A stretch of 64,000 nt of DNA from Octopus vulgaris (taxonomy: Eukaryota): assembly GCA_951406725.2 (NCBI GenBank), contig OX597832.1, positions 34,224,001 through 34,288,000 of the forward strand, written 5' to 3'. The notes under the pieces are model-generated. The model was not told where the DNA came from. It saw only the letters and a list, made by a program, of their open reading frames with translations, and searched no databases. This document shows positions 57,207 to 64,000 of the stretch, piece by piece. Numbering within the stretch: position 1 is the stretch's first letter; each line of letters begins with the position of its first letter. A program made the position numbers and the translations under genes.

Positions 57207-59415
57207 TAGGTTTTTGCAGTCATTTTGTCATTCAATTTTATAATCGGGTCGTTCAAAGTCGAGAAAAATTAACGCCATGAAGATAGTCATTCGAATTCGA
57301 TTGTCGATCATTCAGTTTCGAAGAATTCAGCATTTACATCATCCAAATTCAATCGCCAGTCGAGAGATTCTCAAATTAGTCAGAATGCGAGGAATCCTCT
57401 TTTCGAACATTCAAATTCGCACGAGAGCGTTCGAGTTCGGAATAAGTTTATTCAATTTAGCACTAATTCTACATGTGTTTTTTTTTACTCACATTCTAAG
57501 AAGTGACTGTTAAAAATGACAAATTTAAATGACATGTTTTGTCATGCAAATCTTATGTTCTTATAGCTACAAGGAAGAATGTGATTCTTCTGTCCACGAA
57601 AGTCTTTTTCTTTGCAATATTCGTAACTGGTCGGCATCAGTTGCATCCTATATCCCTTTCTCTGACACCAACTTGTAATCATGGAGCCACATGTAAGATA
57701 CATGCATATATCGGACGAAGATAGGCAAGGCTGGCTGACGCCTCCCAGGGGCATCAAACCGGTTACCTGAAACTGTCAGACACTCTTGGCATTAAAAAGA
57801 GTACTACCCGATCCATAGTAGTGACATACATACGGTCTGGGAGGTGCCACAAGTTGCCCAGAGGAGGTGCTCACCACGTTAAGGTTGATGAGAAAATGGG
57901 AGTTAGACTTCAGGTGATTATTGATGCCAACCCACTCGCAACCCTTCAACAGATTTAGAGGGACTTAGAGGCAGTATTGTCCGGAAAGCTGCCTGCTTCC
58001 ATGTCTGCAATCTCACGGGCTCTAGATGGGGTGTTGATAACTATGAAGTTGGCCGAAGACGTCCTAGATGCAAGAAATACCCCTAAAATCTCTGTAAAAG
58101 CGTTATGGGTACGCGCATTGGTTCATGGAAGAGGGAGTCGTTGGCCACTACGTATTTATTGATGAATGTAGGTACAACATTTGAACCAGGCGTTCTTTTG
58201 GACGAGCCCCTCGAGGCGTTCCTGTTCGCCGAGTTATCCACCGTCAGCGTGGGAAAAACCGTAACATCATTTTCGCGGTGTCGGGAGAAATCGGCCTGGT
58301 TCGCCACTCTATTGTGAGCGATACCGTTACAGGAAACTCTTTCGAAGAGTTTTTCATGGAAACAATTCGAGCATGTGCCGACATGTCTCAGCAGATGAAT
58401 CTGTCTACTTGATCAAGGACAACGCACGGCCACATGTCCGTGCCGAGCTCCCAGCTGACGCTGACCTGCGGATCAGTTTGAAACTCTTGCCTCCTTACTC
58501 GCCGTTTCTTAATTGTACGGAAATGGCGAATTCTACCTTTAAAGCGACTGTAAAGCGGGACCTCGCTCGAGCTGAGTTTCAGCAAAGGGTTGGCGAACGG
58601 GCATCTGCAGAAGAAGCCGGCATGGCTACGAAAGAATGGCAAGCACATGTCATACAACTGGTTGCAAGGCGTAGCATCGACGTTATCACTTCAGAAAATT
58701 GCTTTCGTTGGTATAGACACACCCTGACCTACCTCCCGGGATGCCTCGACCGCCAGAAAATAGACGTTTAAATCCTCTCAAACGAACTTTCCATATCAAG
58801 ACTATAAACCAATACTTATCTTAGTGTATATATCACCCTTTCTCTGATGAAAGAAAAAATGCAAAATCAAAAAAATATATATACTTTTCCCAACAATACA
58901 TATGCAAATGAGAAACACACATCACAACATATTGTATTCAAAATCAAAGAAAATGAGCATTTGTTGTAATTGTTTCTTTAAAACGATTGAAGTGGCTGCA
59001 ATGCAATTTCATGAAGTCTTTAACAATAAATACGTGTACCTATACAAAAATAAAAGAATGCATAGAAAAGATAGCGAACGTAAAGCATAAACAATGTATG
59101 AAAACACATGATTATGATAACAATGATCATGAGATAAAAGCAAAACAGCTATCGTGCTAATTTGAATGTTCGAAGTGTTTAAATAAATTGCTCCGAAACG
59201 AAGCTGAATGTTCGAAAAGACTAATTTGAGAATCTCTCGACGGGCATTTTAATCTGAATGATGTAGATGCTAAATTCTTTGTCCGAAGTGCGAAATTGAA
59301 TGATCGAAAAGCGAATTTGAAGGACTCACATCATGGCGCTAATTTTTTGCGCGACTTTGAATGACTCGATTCTCAAATTGAATGACAAACGTAGGAAAAT
59401 GACTGTAAAATCATA
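57207..59415 (+). mobile_element. IS630-Tc1-mariner DNA transposon with about 260-bp imperfect TIRs, TA-flanked
   Basis: 57207-57465 is a diverged reverse complement of 59154-59415 (cagtcattt..tgtcattcaattt..ttcaaagtcg..cgccatga..tcgagagattctcaaattagtc..cttttcgaacattca). Confidence 0.85.
57720..58771 (+). pseudogene. Decayed IS630-like (Gambol-like) DDE transposase
   Basis: VFIDE..RRSFGRAPRG..RGKN..DNARPH..LLPPYSPFLNCTE..FK..VKR; stops and frameshifts in the N-terminal half. Confidence 0.85.
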
Positions 59416-59431
59416 TGTTGTTGTTGTTGTT

Positions 59432-59633
59432 AAGGTGGTGAACTAGCAAAGTCGTTAGCATGCCGGAAAAAATGCTTGGCGGTATCTTGTCCGTCTATAC
59501 ATTCTGATTTCAAAGGCTGACTTTGCTTTCATCCTTTTGGCGTCGATAAAATAAGTACCAGTTGAGTACTGGTGTCGATACAATCGACTTACGCCCCTCC
59601 CCGAAATTGCTGGCCTTGTCCAAAATTTGAAAT
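59432..59633 (+). mobile_element. SINE family A, full length, with (ATT)n tail
   Basis: aaggtggtgaactagcaaagtcgttagc..gactttgctttcatcc..gtcgataaaataagtaccag..aatcgactt..ccttgt. Confidence 0.8.
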
Positions 59634-59639
59634 CATCAC

Positions 59640-59676
<37 letters not shown>

Positions 59677-60358
59677 TGAAATTGAAGTTTTTTGGTCTGA
59701 AACTCAGAGTTCCAGGTTAGAGAGATTATTTTATTGATATAGGAAAGCAGTGAGAATGTAAATACAAAAATATTCTTTTACATATCGAGACATGATCTGT
59801 AAATATTACACAGAGAATTGATTGAAGCTAACAAATACATGAGAACATGCATCTGACATGCCCTAGCGGATGATATATGATATATACATGTGATAGTAAA
59901 TACATTAAAGCAACACAGGATTTTGTTCGTGAATAAATGAAAATACCACAAGTTCATCGCTGGAAAATTTAAATAATGAAATAATATGAATTTCGTTAAT
60001 GATATTTCAATGTATCTGTAAATATATTTTCATATAAATTTTCACGCTACTTCTCGACTCCTATCGTTTGAATAAACGCTGCCGCCACACTTTTAGTTTG
60101 ACAGAACCATTCAAAAAACTATATTCTGAATAAAATTTATAAACTGGAAATATTCAGCACCGTTTGTATATAAGGACGTCATCAGTCGATATACATATAT
60201 ACATGTGTGTGCGTGCGCACGAGCGCGTTTGTATGCAGGTGTGTACACACATATACGCATATGTGTGCGCATTTATGTACACACATATATATATACACAT
60301 AGATCATAAGTGTGAATGCGCGTGTATGTGTATCAATGTGTGCACACATACATTCCAC

Positions 60359-60402
<44 letters not shown>

Positions 60403-61160
60403 TCACGCAATAAAACACATATTCCAAGAATATTTGCTTCTTTTCCTTACAAATTTTGCTCTTGTTGTTGTGGTGGTGATTTTTACTATTATTATTATTA
60501 TTGCTATTGTTGCTGCTGGTCGTCGTGGTATCGATATCTTGTGGGGTGTGCAGATAAATGTATATCTATCACAAGGCGCCAGTTAGCGAATTAGAATCAT
60601 CAGATTTAACGTGGAAGATAAACTACAGGAATAAAACGACAGAAATTTCAATAAAATTTCGCCAAAATATAAAAAGGCACCAAATAAACCAAGAACGTTA
60701 TTTATTCGTATGAATATATTTTATACTCTTTTAACTATAGCCATTGCATCACATCTTTTAGCATTTCTTCTCTGTCATGTTGGGCGGTTATTTTTGTATT
60801 CTTTGGAATGGTTTTCGTTTCTTTTTTACGCGTTTAGCCGCCATTTCTCCCCGTGACGTATAATTTAATTCTCTCTTCAATCCTCAAATACCTCTAATGT
60901 CAATTTAATGTGCGTAAAGAAAGGAGTCAGCATATGTCATGTGTATGTATGTGAGTAGCTGTGTGAGTTTGTATGTTTGTATACAAACATACATGTATAT
61001 ATATACACACACACACACACACACATACGTGGATACTTTTATTTTGCAGATTTAATGCGCTATATGTATATGTATAAATATATACACACACATATATATA
61101 TATACATATGCGTGTGTGTGTGTATATTTATATATATATATATACACATACGTATGTATA

Positions 61161-61198
<38 letters not shown>

Positions 61199-62409
61199 TG
61201 TTTATATTTGTATATACATATATAGAAATGTGTATATATATATATATATATACATACTGTACATGCACACACACACACACACACTCACACACATGCATAT
61301 ATGTATGTGTGTGTGTGTATATAGTATGTGTGTCTATTATGTGCTGAGTTATGCAACTTCAGAAGTTAGGATAAGTAAAATGTTGGTAGCCATCACTGAA
61401 TGGTTAAGATATTCACTCAACAATCACGAATCCTGATTCGATCCCTCTTCGGAGAGCCATCTTGGACGGATGCATTTTACCAGTTACGCATCTACTCATA
61501 CTTTGTGAGTTAAATAACGGTGAAAGGAAACCCAAGTGAAACTTACGGTCTTGTGAATACCAGCAATTAAATTGTCCAGCGTTTGTTCTCCACTTGCACT
61601 CGCTGAAGTTCCCCTAACGAGTACTCTGATGCTACAATTTTCTGAGGAATCTCCGGTCGTTTACACTGTTATACATTATTTGTAACAGCAGGGCTTTTCT
61701 ATTTCACTGTTTCCCTATATCGATGACGACAGATTTCGACTTAGCATGCGGTTGACCGTGAATACATACTACTAATAAAGCGCAGTGTCGCAGGAAAGCA
61801 CATCTGACTTTTTGACCATCCACTGATGGGACGGTTGTCGTCTGCCTCTGATATATATTCTGTTTCTAAACGCAGTACGTTCATAAGAGATATTATCTCC
61901 AGGTCAAAACTGCTATAAATTTGCTTTTCCGAGATGTGTTTACATTAAGTATGATTCATAGATTGCTATTTTAAGCTAATTCTATTTCTCTTGCATATAA
62001 CGGATTAATACACTAAGCATTTATATGATTTCTTGGGTCTACAGAGTATCGTGAGTTCTGGATTAAAATTTTATGACGTCAAACGAATTAAAGATTATCT
62101 TTGTTATTAAAAGAAAAGATAATCCTTCCATCACCCCACGCCTCAATTCATTTTCGTCATGATGTGGTCACTTTTTAACATCATTATCATGTAGGCTGTC
62201 TGAAATTAATCTGTAGAAGCTCTTGTCAACCAGCATAATTATAACGGGTTGAGGTATGAAATCAGTATGTTATGGACAATGATGAAGATAAGTATCATAC
62301 GAGTAAGCGTACAGGCGTCTGGAACAGTGAAGGAGAACATTGCAAGATAGATAGAGAGAAGCTAGAAGCGGACTTTACAACGATCCACGCACACTCACAC
62401 GTTCACTCG

Positions 62410-62450
<41 letters not shown>

Positions 62451-63021
62451 TTTAAAGTGTTTGTTTGTTGGGAACAGATAAAATATTACGAACAGATCTC
62501 GACGATTAGATTGACAAAGGGGGAGGGGAGAAAGTAAGCAGGAGGCTGCCTCATGTCGCAGCATAATGTATTGGATGTGATTTGAACCTATGATCTTCTT
62601 CATGCAGTTTAACCTCGTGAACATCACTTCTCTAATATTTGTGCAAGATTCAATTTCCGAGTTCAAATTTAAATTAAAAGAATAAATTAATGATAAAAAC
62701 AGAAAGTAGCAGACATTTTAATTTCAATTTTAATTTTAATTTTTGCTATCTTTAATAAGTTAGATTCTTTCAAAAATAATTAAATTTAAATTAATAAACC
62801 AATCTCAGAGAAAAGAAAATGAATTACTACGTTAATTAATTATACTTTGTTTATATTGTAATTTTATTAATTGCAAAAGTTTTGTTCAAGTGTTTAAATG
62901 TTAATTTGAACCTGTCAAATTTTAAGTTTCTATCAATAATCGATACCAACTAGTTATGTCGAATGTATGTTATGACCTTAGGGGTCAAAAGTCAATAGAG
63001 TAACAGGTCAAATTCATTTGC

Positions 63022-63075
63022 TGTTCTTTCATACTTAAAAGGGGGACACGGGGCGCTTTTAAGTATGAAAGAACA
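63022..63075. repeat. Perfect 20-bp inverted repeat with 14-nt loop
   Basis: tgttctttcatacttaaaag-ggggacacggggcg-cttttaagtatgaaagaaca. Confidence 0.9.
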
Positions 63076-64000
63076 AGGGAGGTCAGACAGCGGAGAAGCA
63101 AAAACACTGAATCTGCTGCGAAGCATCAAAGACAGACAACAAAAAGAAAATAAGAGAGCAAAACCACCACGAAAAACTGAATCCTCAGCAAAAGTGACGA
63201 AAATCTAAGCGAAGGAACCTCTCTTTGGGTACCACAAACGAATGAGCATATGTACAGGTGTCAGGTATGAGTTTCGCCGAGAAATATTGACGAAAATAGA
63301 TTTAAAGAAGGAGAATAATTATTGTTGCTTGGCGTAAGATATGCGCAGGGCTAAAAAAATATTGGTAGAAAAAATTATCGATTATATCAAAGCGGAAAAT
63401 TGATTGGAAAAATATTCGTTGGAAACTGGACGGATGACAAAGTTGACTTTAACGGGATTTGAACTCGGAGTATAAAGAATTACTACCACATCTTACTGCG
63501 TCTGCCATTCTTTCGATTTTAACATTTAACCCAGATAATATCGCTATTAACAAGTCAATTTAATTAGAGGAAATGAGAACTCTTACGCACAGGGAACAAG
63601 GTTTCGGCACAGGGGACCTTAACGGAACGTTGAACGTATTGTGTATGTGCGTGTGTGTGTGTGCATGCGCGCGTTTGCATACCTAGCATGCATGAATACC
63701 CGTATGTGAGAATATTTATGTGTGTACATATGTATGTGAATGTGTGAACGTATGTATGTGTGTATGAGCGTGTTTGTACATATACATGTGTATCTGTGTG
63801 TTTGTGCGTCGGTTACACATTACATTCAATTTTCAGATTTGACAAGTCCACGGTTGATAATGTATTTTCCCACTGTCAGAAATGGCGAAGTAAAATTCAA
63901 ATAGGATCAGAGAAGCTGACTTTACAACGATCCACGCACACTCATACATGCATACATACATATGTATATATATATTTCTGTATGTGCATGCATATACATA

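Overview
Repeat-saturated, AT-rich animal genomic DNA, not prokaryotic. The microsatellite density and tRNA-derived SINE families suggest a cephalopod (octopus-like) genome; this is inference. No conserved host gene, rRNA, intact tRNA or CRISPR array is recognisable, and most ORFs in the track are (TA)n/(TG)n translation artefacts. Real content: (1) an uninterrupted but 5'-truncated CR1-group LINE ORF2 (3201-6092) inside a compound TA microsatellite, plus three CR1 3' remnants whose tails match the tail of the dominant SINE; (2) decayed Penelope-like elements (PLEs) with GIY-YIG domains; (3) R4/Dong-type retroelement remnants; (4) a mariner MITE, an IS630-Tc1-like transposon with long TIRs and a Helitron 3' end; (5) one orphan 276-aa ORF (14250-15080). 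The most striking signal is a set of minimal type I hammerhead-ribozyme motifs in otherwise dissimilar repeats, where the core 3:8 pair occurs as C:G, U:A and G:C. One of them lies in a complete retrozyme-like insertion with a 355-bp monomer and a 14-bp TSD (44531-45285). Boundaries of decayed repeats are approximate.
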